The position numbers and the translations under genes were made by a program. A stretch of 64,000 bases of DNA from contig OU015569.1 of assembly GCA_907165135.1 (NCBI GenBank), forward strand, positions 6,000,769-6,064,768. Reading direction: 5' to 3'. This DNA comes from Oikopleura dioica (Eukaryota; Animalia; Chordata). The notes below the pieces were generated by a model that worked only from the letters and a program-made list of their open reading frames with translations, made no database searches and was not told the origin of the DNA. Of the stretch, positions 1 to 11,918 are shown piece after piece. The first letter of the stretch is position 1. The number at the start of each line of letters is the position of its first letter.

Positions 1-2812
1 ACTACTCATTGGGCGACAACGACGAGTGAGATCTCTGTTAACAACTGGGTTGAGTTCAACCTCCTTCAGACGAACATTGTTGAGATTCCAGCAAATGTCT
101 AAAAGCTGATAAGGAAAGGTCTCAACACAATGTTACCTTTTATATTGACAGAAGAGTCAAAAGTAACCCAACAGCGGCGGTAAAAGCGATCGTCTTGCGG
201 GTGCGAAAAAGCGACACGGATAAATCCATCAAACTTTTTGCACATGTTTGAGATATCTTGGCGCGAAATCGAAGGCGGCAGTGATCGCATGAATATAGAT
301 GAGTACTTGGTGTGGGTCTGGGCTCGCCTAGAAAAGGAATAAAAGTAAGTCGCTTTTTTCGAATGGGATCTTACTTGAGCGCTTCCTTGCGTTTTGCTTC
401 AAGCTTGTCACTAGGGTCGTTGACCTCTCCATCTTCACTTGTCTCTGGCTTCTCCGGCGCTGCGTCTGGATCTGTCTTGACAGAAACAGCATCTTTGGAG
501 CCTTCTTCGTCTTCCTTAGTTTCCTCTTCTTCTTTCTTGGCATCATTCTTTTCGGATTCATCGTCAGATCCGTCTTCGCCGCGATCAAACTTGCCACGGC
601 CCTTTTTCTCGTCATCGTCTTCTTCGTCAGCTTTTTCGCCTTCAGATGGAGGACCTTCAACACGAAATTAATCGACGATCGACAATTAAAAACAACCATC
701 TGTCTCAGATTTAACGATAGGAGTCCTGATTGTCTTGATATCATCTTCGCTGGCGCCTTCCATGAGCATGACGGCAGTTTCAAGCAGGTCGATGATGTTC
801 TTCTCATTGGTGATATCCAAGCAATTTTCATCGAAGATTTTATCGACGCCAGTAAGTTTCTCCCAGGCCTCACATCTGCGAAATTTTACTAAGAGTGAGG
901 AAGGAGTGTACTGACCTGAGTTTAACAGCTTCCTTGAACTGTTCCTCTCGCTCAACGGCTGCATCGGGATGATATTTCTCCCGGAACCTAAAAGTGCAAA
1001 ATTAACTACGCGCGATGAGCAGAGATTTTTACTATTTTGTGATACACTCACAGTTCTTCGTCATCTTTTCTGATTTTCGGAACAGAGTTTAAACTCTCCC
1101 TATACAAGTCGGGAGAGCCGGCAAAAACGGTGCCGTTTTAATTTTTTCAAAAAGTGACAAACATGAGAGCCCTAGGAGCAAGACGGGCTAAACCCAAGTG
1201 GCAAGTGGGTTTTTTAAGAATTTTAGAGTTATTTCGAGTTTTCTGCAGATTGACCATCGCGAATATTTTTCGATGAGCCACAGAAAGAACACGTACCATT
1301 CTTCATCCTTGTGCGCAACAAAGAACTCTTGCATTTGCTTCTTCTTGAACTCGGTCTTATACACTTTGTAGTTCTTGCAGGCATCGTCCTCGTTGATATT
1401 GTCCTCTGAAACGAGCGGTCAGATTTTACGGAATTCTCGGGCGTTCGATTGGATTACCTTGCTTCATGACCCAGTTCTTGAAGGAGAGGAGAATATCGTC
1501 CTCGTTTTGCATGTGATAATGGTTGTTTTGCACGTGTCGAGGAACGTAGGGAGCCCCGTTGCTGCCTGGACCATTCCACGAGCGGTGACCACGATAGCCG
1601 CCGCCTCTTTCCCCGCTGTCGTCATAGTCGTGTCTGGGCCGTTTGTAGCGTTCGCCTCCCCGCTCGCTGAACTCTCTGTCTGGAGTTCGTCGTCGCTTCT
1701 CTCGCTCCCGCCGGTCCTCGTGACGATCGTACTCTCGATCTCGCCCGTATCTATCTCGTCGGCTTCCTCCATCATCATCATACCTAGCCAAAAATTTAAA
1801 TCCAGCAAAAGCTGCTAGTAAATATCCGGTCCACGTGAAAAACACCGCTCGACTTCATCATTAAATTAAAAATTTATAAACTTACTCGTCAGTACTTGAA
1901 AATTCCGAGTTTTGGCAAGATACTTGCAATCCATCTGCCTTTCTCTTTATTTTACGTTTCCCATTTCGAGATCTCTTTTTTTTATGCTTATCGGAGTACT
2001 TTTTAATTCCTCCCATTTCCGAGTATTTGCGCCTTTCACGAAAAACGTGCTTCGCGAAAGTGGGTTGCTCGGCTGCGCCCGTTTGCGCTAACCGAGTTCT
2101 TGATTTCGAAATATGATGAGTAATTATAAATTTTAATCGAATTAAAATAAGGGGTCACAAGAGTCAAGGGGACTTTTTCATGGGAGGGGGTCGAAACTAT
2201 TCTGCATGCAGAACTATTCTGCAAAAAATAGAACTATTCTGCAAAAAGTAGAACTATTCTGCGTTTCGCAGAACTATTCTGCCGAATGCAGAACAATTCT
2301 GCAAATGAAGAACTATTCTGCAAATGTAGAACTATTCTGCAAAATACAGAACTATTCTGCACAAGTGCAGAACTATTCTGCATTGTGTTGAAAAGAAGAT
2401 CTTCATTTAGAGACAAAATTTCACTGTTTGGAAGCACGCTGCGGGCCTACGGCCCTTGCGCGCAAATTCTGGTAGGGAACTCATTTCTGAAGGTGGCCAA
2501 CTTTCTCTACTCTCGCGCCTCCTTTGATAAAAGTCATTTTTCTTATATGCAGAACTATTCTGCATGCAGAATTATTTCGTCGGAAAATAGCCCTTTTTTC
2601 GACGAAACTATTCTGCATTTTGCAGAACTATTCTGCATGCAGAATAGTTTCGAAGGTTTCCCTTTTTCATCGGGAAATGACGTATTTGACTGAGAATTAA
2701 TTAATTTATTAAATTCTAATAGTTAGAGAATTCTTACCTTTCTCGACCGCGTCCTTCCCGCTCGGTCCGGAATTTATCCCGTCGTCGATCATCGTAATCA
2801 TCATCCGACATT
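1..2812 (-). CDS. SRRT: Serrate RNA effector molecule / arsenite-resistance protein 2 (ARS2) homolog, 5' portion of the gene; the 3' end lies beyond the window start
   Basis: Minus-strand exons translate to hallmark ARS2 segments. The first coding exon (~2748..2812) reads [25 protein letters not shown], cf. human [20 protein letters not shown]. An RD/RE-rich exon (~1300..1796) includes ...[22 protein letters not shown], cf. DFRRQQMQDFFLAHKDEEW. Exons 686..1051 carry [27 protein letters not shown], cf. LLDIDKADAIVKMLDAAVIKMEGGTEND. An acidic E/D/K-rich exon lies at ~405..670. Exon 139..290 reads [32 protein letters not shown], cf. [31 protein letters not shown]. Exon 1..98 reads [26 protein letters not shown]. 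The first intron (~1797..2747) is ~950 nt. Confidence 0.8.
2190..2660. repeat. Tandem array of a perfect 17-bp palindrome TGCAGAACTATTCTGCA: about 10 copies with ~20-21 bp period at 2190..2392, then a second cluster of about 5 copies at 2545..2655. The clusters flank a ~150-bp unique core and lie inside the SRRT first intron
   Basis: Direct reading shows ...ctattctgcatgcagaactattctgcaaaaaatagaactattctgcaaaaagtagaactattctgcg... and ...cgaaactattctgcattttgcagaactattctgcatgcagaatagtttcgaagg. The second cluster ends with the reverse complement (tgcagaatagtttcgaa) of the variant unit that begins both clusters (ttcgaaactattctgca). Confidence 0.85.
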
Positions 2813-3599
2813 TTTGAGGAGGAATTAGAAAATTATGGCAGTTCTGAATGTTTTTTTTTTCAAGTGATCTTATGGACGTAGAACAAACTGTTAACTGTAA
2901 GAAAGCAGCAAACGAATAGAATAGAAGCTATAAAACATCGACACAGCAAGGAAATAGCTGTATCGTTTCAATTGAATGTCTCATTGAAAATGAGGATGAA
3001 ATGACAGAAAATACGAACACTGAATTTTGAGAATTCTTTGAAATGATTTAAGGAAAAGATACTTTGAATATATGAATAGTCTAAGTTGGGTAAAATAACG
3101 AGCATTTGTCGCAGGCTAGGACGGATCAGAACTGATCTTCTGCAAAGTAAGACTTAGAAAATCGGTGATCAATCGGAGTCCGCGATGAAGATTGCAAACC
3201 TATCATCACGAAAGCAGCACACGCTTTGCTAGCTGTGGATGAAGGAGGCGATATAAATATGCCATCAGAAACACGGAATAGAAAAAATGAAATTGGGATG
3301 ATAGGCTAAGACGAGACTGGACAGCCCTTCATCTTCCAAGCACCATGTAAGTAAGTCCATCTGGGATTTGTATGTCAGGGCAGGGGGCAAGGACTCTTAG
3401 GAGAGAGGAGTCATTGGGGAGCTACCCTTGAAGTCCTGAGCTTCAAAAGCTAGAAATCGAATAAAGCGAAGAACAACCACCGAAATAAGCACCTGTCACC
3501 ACTGGGTTCGGCTGCGCAATCAGTGCCAAATGCTGATTAAGTTGCCGGGCTGCGCTATAATTAGAACATCAATACAACACACGAATCAGGGAGTTAAAT

Positions 3600-4057
3600 G
3601 CCTTGAGAATGGTGGAATAGCGGAGTTCTTCACAACGTCACCGTAGCAGCCATAACGGGGATAGGCGATGGGATTCACCTGGCGCGACATGTAGGAGATG
3701 CCTTCAATAGGCAAACTATCAGACTGGACAGCACCAGCTTCTTCTACTCAAACAAAAATGGATAACCTAAAGCTGCGAGGACGAAACTCACCGTCGCTAG
3801 ATATTTCTCCATAAATGATTATCGGCTGAGACCGTGGCAGAATGATAACCCGATCGTCTTTATGCGACTCTGTTCGTGGACGTTTGCTCCGAATTTGGGA
3901 TTGGCTGATGAAAATTTACAACTACTTGCACGTACCTGATTGACACACCATTAGGAACTTCATCCCAAGGTTTAATGAAGGAAGCCCGTTTATCAGGTTT
4001 ATCAACCAAAAAATCATACCAAAACGCGCGTTCAATAAACCTTGTGATAAAAGGCAA
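3600..4057 (-). CDS. Exons of an unidentified minus-strand gene (hypothetical protein)
   Basis: ORF 3860..4057 reads ...FIERAFWYDFLVDKPDKRASFIKPWDEVPNGVSI. A downstream exon (~3600..3760) reads VEEAGAVQSDSLPIEGISYMSRQVNPIAYPRYGCYGD. Both have protein-like composition but no family was recognised. Confidence 0.3.
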
Positions 4058-5207
4058 GGAAGCTGATATTTAAACGTTTATTCGGTATTACAATGTTTTT
4101 GAGCAGTGTTTTAGTGTATTTTCGGGCAAGATTTGTAATTTTTTCCTTATTGGACGCTTGGGATTCTTTTTCAACTTTAAATCAATGTGGGACTGTAGAT
4201 CTTCCTTGATCGACGATGAGGAGTTTCGGTTCTTTGAGGTGGAGGGTACTTCATGATGATACGAATTTGACGGGCCTAGCTTGACTTGCGGATGATATTC
4301 CTTGCAGTGTGCTCGAAGACAGGCAGGTAGCAGCACCTTACGACAGACAGTACATTTGACCAGCGTAAAGGAGGACGCGTTCTATCCAAAAAATTAAGCG
4401 TTAGAAGAAAACGAGTAATCACCAGAGTCGTGAGCAGACGACGATCCTCGATGTTGCGAGGCGTTTCATTCGAAACGGCGTCAAGAAACTTCGACCTGGC
4501 ATAGTCTTGCGTCGTCTTCGTTTCAAAAGCCAGGGTTATTACTTTTAAATCTTACGAGCTTTAGTGAGCAAGAGTAGTAAAAACCCCTAACAGATTTAGA
4601 AACAGCAGCATTCCAGTCTGCCCATGTTCGCTCCTTGAATCCGTCTATTTGCATCACAGAAGGGCTGACCTCGACCCCTTTGGAGAAATCCGATTTCTGT
4701 CTAAAACATTTTTCCTTCAGCAAAATTGAAACTAAACAGTTGCATTATCAATTATAGACTAGAGGCAATTAAAAAAGAAACACTGCCCGTTCGGTTGCTC
4801 TCGGGGAAAAAGAATTAGACAAATTTGCTATTGTTAATTTTGAAGATTTACACAACTTACTTATCGACTTGACTATCCTTTGAAAGATCAAGTTTCGCGA
4901 TGAGTACCTTTAATCTATTTAACCAGTTCTAAGCGTGATTCGAATGAACATCTATCGTAGGTGAAGGAATTGTTAAAAGATGTTTTGACGGGCTTGAAGT
5001 TTTCGAAATTCTAGTTTTAAACAGGCTTTACTGTAAGTAGGATCGTTAAGCATTTTTTCACTTTCAATCGTTGCCTTTCTATATTCAAGCAGGGCACAGA
5101 AGATAAAATATTTTTGAACAAGAAATACATGTAACAAGGTGGATTCAAGATTCTTAGATTCAATGGATAACAAACTTGTGAATGAAAGAAAAAAGTCTTA
5201 TTTAACA

Positions 5208-6386
5208 GCGACAGCAGGCTTATCTGATTCGGTGGAGGGCTTCTCCGTCGTTGGCTTTGGCTTGATGTCGGAGGAGTTTTGAAGCTTGTTATTGATCAGG
5301 CCGTGGAGAGCGACGATCGACCGCACTAATGAGGCGAGATAGACAGGCAAAAGCTAAAATTTCATCGTTCAAATGGGCCTTTTGTTTCTGCTGCGCCTAA
5401 TCACTGCATCGCAGATCAATAGCAAACGCGCTCTCAAGAATGGAGAAGCACCATCAATTATGCATCTACCTGGTCGTGAGTCTCCATGTGAAACGATTTC
5501 GTGAGTGGAATAAGATCTGGAACGAGCGAAAGGGCGTCCTGCAAGTTGTACAGGACTTGGTGGTTTGGAGGCAGCTTCCCGTCGACTACTTTTGTCAAAT
5601 AGCCGTAGCACTGCTCGAGCTTTCCATGAAGTCCTCTGATCGACGCAAGTTGAGCAGAGATCTTCTGGCTAAAGGAATCGTTTTTTCGAATTGAAAGTAA
5701 ACGGTTTGAATACCTAAGCGAACCGGCAGTTGGATTGTAAACATCTCGAAGAAGCTGCTCAACGCCGACTTCTTCTGCTTCCTCAGCACCGATCGCAGAA
5801 GAAATGTGTCTCCATGTCTTCTCAGCTGGCTTTCCATCGTCGCGGATATCAGCTTCAGCGACGTACGCCTCAGTCGGGAGGCCGCTGAATTAGCATAAAT
5901 GTGCTCTCCTTATTTAAAATGGAATTACGTATTATTGTCTGTTTTCGCAACGTCAATGACGGTTAAAGTGGCATCGTGGCCAGCTGGCATGTGCTTTTGA
6001 ATCAACTCGTGGATTTTCATGTCGTTGGCTTTCAGTTTCGGGCCCGTGTGGTACCATCCAACGATGCGCTCTCGGGCATTGACTTTTTTGAACATCTAAA
6101 AGATCTCCTCATGTCTATGTGAATTTGTGTTCTCTACCGTAAACATAGTATCGAGATAATCGTGATCAAGGAACCAAATATCGCGATCCTTGCTGTCTTC
6201 GTCAAAGGGCAAGGCGAATGAGTTTGAGATGTCAAGCTCGCGGCCACCCATCGTCCACGTTCCCAAGAGAATTCCTACAACGCGTCCTGCGCCAGTCTTG
6301 CCGACTCGTGTGTAGTGATCGGTCACAGAAAGGAGGACCAGTGGGTGGACGACCACTTTCTCTAGCTTATTTTTCCCTGTCGACAT
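5208..6386 (-). CDS. PSMD7: 26S proteasome non-ATPase regulatory subunit 7 (Rpn8, MPN/Mov34 domain), 5 exons
   Basis: Exon 6096..6386 reads [44 protein letters not shown]...[28 protein letters not shown], cf. human [20 protein letters not shown]...[29 protein letters not shown]. Next exon reads [20 protein letters not shown]. Then [47 protein letters not shown]. Then ...[23 protein letters not shown]...ETHDQ. The last exon reads [21 protein letters not shown] and stops near 5208. A 42-nt intron ends in ttttag. Confidence 0.88.
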
Positions 6387-6522
6387 TCTAAATAGAAAAG
6401 ATTTATAAACATGTAGGTGATGAAAGATTTAGAACTTTAAGGCAGAAGAAATAGATATTGAAAACAGAAAAATATGAATGAAGAATCAACTGAATTGCAC
6501 TTTTTAAATGAACATTTAGGAA

Positions 6523-8325
6523 TTATTGGACCCAGGGCCACCAGAAACCAGAGAAACCATCGGTTCGAGTTTCTGGGTTTGAATTAGGATCTGTGTGGGG
6601 AAAGTTTGGCCAAATGGCTGTTTGATTGTGACGCGATAACAGATCGAGACCGACTTTAACGATGTCTGGATGGTTATCAGAAATGTCACTCTTCTCATAC
6701 GGATCTTCTACGATATCGTAAAGCTGAACCAGACGCGTGAGAGTTTCAGAAGAGGTAAGCATGCTATCTTCAAGTAATCTTTCCCAGACTGATTGCTTTT
6801 CTGCGCTTGTTTCTGGGGAGAATTGAAGCTTTTTCTGATTCCCCTCTGGAGGAGGGATATTTCCATCTGGGACACCGTAAGCTGGATCTCCCGTTAGCAA
6901 TTTCCAGCGACCGTATCGAACAGCTATTATTACGATTCAAAGTAAATCAATTAATAATCTGACAGTTTTTTACCTGACTGAGAGTTGATATTGAATTCCG
7001 AAGTTTCAGCGAGCTTCCGAACCCACTGTCTCTCGTCTTCGCCCTTGACTGTTTTCAGCGGGTCAATATTGTGAATGATCGACTGTCGAGGCGGAGAACT
7101 GTTGTTAAGGAGAGCCTGCCACTGACTCATGCCATCTAGATCGTCTTTGTCGGCTGGAGGTTTGCATTCCATCGCTTCAAGTATTGTCTCGCGCCAGTCG
7201 GATACGTGGATGAGCCCGTCAAATTTAGATTTGCCCTGTTCCTTTATCAGGCCGCCTGTAATTATTTTATTAATCGATCGCTCTATCATTTTTATTCAGT
7301 TCGACGTCACCCGATAACATGGCGTTGACATGGACACCTCCTTCGTAAAGCGACCATTTTTGCGAGCGCAGGGGGAAGTTATTCCCTCCAGAACGCGTTT
7401 CGCCACCGTTATCAGCTGTAATGATGATAAGCGTGTCGTCGTAAAGATTTCGCTCATGGAGCATTGTTATAAAATCGCCGACAGCTTCGATTCAGTTCAT
7501 AAATTTATACATTAAATGACTTTTAAGACGGATCTTTAACTGTTCCTTCGTCCATGATAGAGATCATCGCAGCGTATGTTCTTCTATCTGGGTCCTTAAT
7601 CCAGTCGTACTTAATTTTGTAGTGCTCCGGTGCTTGTAATGGATCATGAACATTTTGCATCGCATAATACAGGAAGAATGGCTTTTTGTCTTCAACGACT
7701 GTATCGAGCACTTGGGCAACACGTGCTGAGTAAATTTCCGTTCCATAAGTTCCCCAAGTCGAGTTCGTTGGGCCATTTTCGGTACAGAAGTCCACGCCAC
7801 ACCAATTCTTCGCCTGACATTGGATTCGCGAGTAGTGATCTTCTGCTCCTTGGAGGTATCCGTAATAACTGTCGAAGCCCCGATTGAACGGGAGCATGTA
7901 TTCGTGCGAATGGCCACAGTGCCACTTTCCAACCATATGAGTTGCGAAGCCGCACGACTTCAGATCCTGCGGGAGAAGAGTGTACTCTTTTGGAATTCCC
8001 GTCGTTTGCCCGGCGAGAATGACATTGTGCTGCATTCCATAACGAAGGGGATATCGGCCAGTGAGCATGGACGATCTGGTCGGAGAACAGACCGGCTGCG
8101 TGTAATACTTTTCAAGAATGATTCCATCTCGCGCGATCGCGTCCAAATTTGGCGTTTCAAGCTTCGAACCGTGAATCCTAATATTCGAATAACACTATTT
8201 CTTTTCACGAAAAGAAAGCTTACCCGAAGTCACCCCAGCCGAAATCGTCGATCATCAAGTAAACTACATTTTTGCTCTGGACAAGGCATACGCCCGCCGC
8301 GAGGATGGACCTAACAAGCCTCATT
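6523..8325 (-). CDS. Arylsulfatase (sulfatase family, ARSB-like), multi-exon with signal peptide
   Basis: Exon 1 (~8224..8325) reads MRLVRSILAAGVCLVQSKNVVYLMIDDFGWGDFG followed by a gtaagc donor. ORF 7523..8146 contains the sulfatase signature CSPTRSSMLTGRYP. Exon 7270..7464 has ...ITADNGG.... C-terminal exons are 6951..7289 and 6523..6900. Stop near 6523. Confidence 0.85.
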
Positions 8326-9182
8326 CAGCCGCGCTCCAAGTCGTTTTTTTTTCGTTTTGTGCGCAGCCAGCAAAATAAATTCTCCTTCGCGAGTCGACTT
8401 CACGCCGAAACGAGAAAGAGAAAAATAAACAATTTTATTATTATATTTTCAAACAAAGGGATTTTCGAGCGATTGGCCTACGATTAGCGACCGTGATACG
8501 ATCGCTAGTAGGTTAATTACTGAAACGATCCCTTTTGTAGTAGATTTCTGAGCGAATCATGCCCCTGGGAAGGTGGTCGATTGGCCAATCATAGAGAAGC
8601 GTCGCCCTAGAAACATTCTTCTCACAAAAACTGTCCGAGATGAAATAATGATTATCCCTTTTGCGAAAAAACACAGTTGTAGCGTTAATTTTGGATATTT
8701 ATTAATTAAAACAGGTTTATTAAAATATGTTCTACTGGAATGATATGGTAAACAGAGAAGTTATTAACTTAAAATGCGGTTCAAGAACTTAGAAGAAACT
8801 TAAACGAGAAAATAAATAGTTAAACAGAAAGAACGCGCTTCTGGAATTCTGGCGCTTGAGATAGTTGAATTGATAGAGGAGACGTCCAGGAGATTACAGG
8901 GAGGATCGGAGCTGCTTGGAGAGGCTATCCGCGTTTGGATGCGGCTCGTTTGACCGTCACAGCGTGGCTGAAAATACACGACGAGCCGTATTGGCATTTG
9001 CCAGTGTATTTCCAGCGGCGACAAATCTAAATCGTTGATCAGTAAAAGAAGTAGAGTCTCAATCAATAGAGTCGACGATTCAGGCCACCCCTTTATTTAT
9101 CGGTTTACGCCATAATTTCGGATGAAAAACTACTCTAATAAAGCTAAAAACGTGTATAAACTGAAAGATATATGCGTAGAAG

Positions 9183-10733
9183 TCAAGAGTTCTTATTGGT
9201 AAATGAATGATAATTTACTTTTATAGCGGTTTCCGGGTCACCCTGAGTCTTCTGCTTTTGCTTGGGGGTTGTATCGTCGCTTTCGCTAGGCGCTTGGAGT
9301 GCGGCGACTCTGGGCGTAGTTTTGAACTCTGGCTGGATGACGGACCCAGATTGCGGGGTTGATTGCGTTGGGGTACTGGGCGCAGGCCCCTTGGAATGGG
9401 AAAAACAGCATCGGTCGCCATACACACAACTTCCAGTATCTTGGAAACTTCTACAAAGTTTTGTCCGATACTAGAATGTTTATATTTTCTTATCATATAA
9501 TACTCTTTGGCAGACATTTGATTATATAATAAAATGCGCGTGATTACCTTGGGATGCTTTGTGATGTCATAGCTAAGATCGTTGGTTCCATGCGCGAAGT
9601 CGCATTTTTCGCCATAAGGGCAACTTCCGCGTTCCATGAAGGTTCGGCAAAGACGAGTTTTGTAAAGAGATGGGACAGAATGCTTTGCTTGTCTGTGTTC
9701 GTCTTTTTCGTGGACGAAGTTGCACTACAGAATATCTCTTACACAAAAATGAATAGATAGACTTACCCGAACACCGTAGGGACAGAAGCCAAGAGTATGG
9801 AAGGTAATGCACTGCTCGGTTTTGTACTTGTTGTGGCGCGGGCGAACGAGAGGCCTTAGTTCATGTTCTCCGTGCGCGAACAAACAGCGCTCGACGTATT
9901 TACAGGTTCCGAATTGCCAAGAGCGGCAGAGCTCAGTTTTGTAGAGCGAATTCATTTGCGCATTTGCAGCTTGTGCGTGTGCCGTTAGCATGGGCTGTCC
10001 GGAAAAGACCGAGTTCGGAACAAGGATGAATTGCTGGCCGCCTTTGGTCATTAGACTCAAGTTTTGGAAGAGATCGTTTGCCTCGATCTGCTGTTGACGG
10101 TTTGACGATGAAGACGAAGATGAATCCGATAAGACTGCATTAGTAACTTCAGCTGCTGTAGCTAAATTGAATGTAGAAGGGCTTTTTTAATGTGAATGTT
10201 TACCTTCACAAGCGATTCGGTCTGGAAGCGAAGTTACAGATGGACCGTCGAGCTCTTTGATTTTGTTTGGCGAGGGAGAAACCGAGCCAGGCGAGGTTGA
10301 GGAAATTTCAATCTGCTGGTTGGTTGGTGTTCCCGGCCGAAGTCCAGTGCCGATCGGATTTGAATTGGCATTCGCGATTGCATCGGCCACCGCGGCTTCA
10401 TCAATCGTTTCACCTTCGCAGTGCGAAAACACCGAGTCCACGCTACAAAAACAAACAATAACACTAGAAACGAACGGAGACACACACACCTGACCTGCGC
10501 CGCCAGGATCGGGTTGGTGGCAAGAGTTTTTAGTCCAAGGCTGGCCGTCCGTTTCAAGTCACTTTCTTCAATTTTGGACAGGTTTGTCACGGGATTCGCG
10601 AAAACCTCGGGGTCAAAAGCGCCCGACGGAGTTTTGTGCTGAAATCGACTGTTCAACCCAAACGAATGCGAAAACAGGACTTACAGGGAATCTTCCAAGA
10701 CCTTCGGGCTTAACCCATTGACTGTTCTCCATT
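9183..10733 (-). CDS. Tristetraprolin-like CCCH zinc-finger protein with three C-x8-C-x5-C-x3-H fingers, about 4 exons
   Basis: Start exon reads [16 protein letters not shown]. It has a donor CCT|gtaagt and a 46-nt intron ending atttcag, which joins in frame to [17 protein letters not shown].... Fingers read [48 protein letters not shown]; [26 protein letters not shown], and [26 protein letters not shown]. Stop at ~9183. Confidence 0.7.
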
Positions 10734-11169
10734 TGTAAAAGCCGATTCGCCTTTGTTATGACTTCTGAGCTTTAGAGTAGCCAGAAAAAAGCGGTGCAAA
10801 ATCGACAAACAGATGGGGTAGAATTTTCAAACTGATTTCGAAAACTAATATGCTCTCAAGTATTATTGAAAATCTAGAAAGCAGCGAATGTGTTTGTTCT
10901 CTGAATGCAGTTATGGAGTGATATGCTGAAAAAGGCAACCGAAACCCCACTTTATCAGGACAAAATCAACTCCCGCCTAGAGCCAATTTTTCAGATGATC
11001 GTGATAAAGGAAACCCATTTTACTGAAAATGTAATTTTTTTTCATCTTTTTCAGAAGCAATTTTAGAAAATTTTTATCTTTTATTTGATTTGTAACCAAA
11101 ATAAAAGGAAGTGACAAGCCCCGCGGAGGGCAGAAATGTCCAAAAAATCACATCAAAGCGAGAAATCTT

Positions 11170-11918
11170 CTTTTCCGCAATTGCTCTTCCAGTTCCATCG
11201 AAATGACATCTTGGAGATTCGTACTCAACATGATGGATCAGCTCTAGAGCGCGTTCACATTGAGTTTTCGTGCAAACAATAGCTGTTTTGTGATCTTTTA
11301 CGGCAGTTTCTTCCTATTTAGAGTATAGCCAATAAGTCCGTTTCCTGAACAGTATTTATTCTGATCGCACATTCCAGCGAGATGAACTTCGTCGTGGTAT
11401 AAAACTGCTTTCTCCATTTCTTCTCCGATGGACGCAAAAATCGTTGTGCAGTAGCTTTTAGAGGCTCCAAAAGCGAACATTGATTTTGGGCATTCATTCA
11501 TTTATGTTTTTGGAACTCTATCAATGGGCATGGTGGCAGTCGTTTGGCGTCTCTTCTTTTAGAAATTCCACGTTTGTCTTGTGACTCTCAGCGCAAAAGT
11601 CGGGCCAGCCGGTTATGTTGTGAATTTGACAGGGCGTTTCGGAGAAGTGCTTTGTCTTCATAAATGGTGCTACTGTTGCCACTGTCTTTACGAACGCCAT
11701 GCAGGACACGATGAATGTCACTGCGGAGATGGCGTGTGTGATTTGGTGCCTTGCCGAACGCTGAAAACCCTTTTCGTAAAAATGGAATGTAAATGCGAAT
11801 GCTGACAGCGTTTCCTTTGTTCTACTGCATTTTCAAGCTCTTGAAGAAGATTCAAGTTCTTCCTTCTGATGCTTTCTCTGGCCGTCGAATGATAAACTGG
11901 AAAATTCTCCTCGACCAC
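11170..11918 (-). CDS. Hypothetical protein, exons of an unidentified minus-strand gene
   Basis: Three consecutive minus ORFs (11718..11918, 11521..11721, 11298..11501) plus a downstream exon (~11170..11290, ...HHVEYESPRCHFDGTGRAIAEKKISRFDVI) have globular-protein composition. No family was recognised. Confidence 0.3.

Noticed and set aside
312-873. Plus ORF 312..671 (Ser-rich) and minus ORF 328..873 (Lys/Arg-rich)
   Set aside because: Off-frame or antisense readings of the acidic E/D/K-rich exon of SRRT. The genuine frame is the acidic one, which matches ARS2.
1375-1818. Plus ORF 1375..1818 and minus ORF 1464..1808
   Set aside because: Antisense or alternative-frame shadows of the RD/RE-rich SRRT exon. 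The genuine frame is 1426..1845.
2190-2660. Regularly spaced repeat array, considered as a possible CRISPR locus
   Set aside because: The context is a eukaryotic intron. The 'spacers' are only 3-5 bp. The repeat is itself a perfect palindrome. No cas genes are present. It is a tandem satellite or foldback repeat, not CRISPR.
7564-8314. Overlapping ORFs (7564..7932 -, 7630..7887 +, 7692..7955 -, 7820..8314 +) over the sulfatase exons
   Set aside because: Only the frame carrying the CSPTRSSMLTGRYP sulfatase signature and flanking sulfatase homology is credible. The others are frame shadows.
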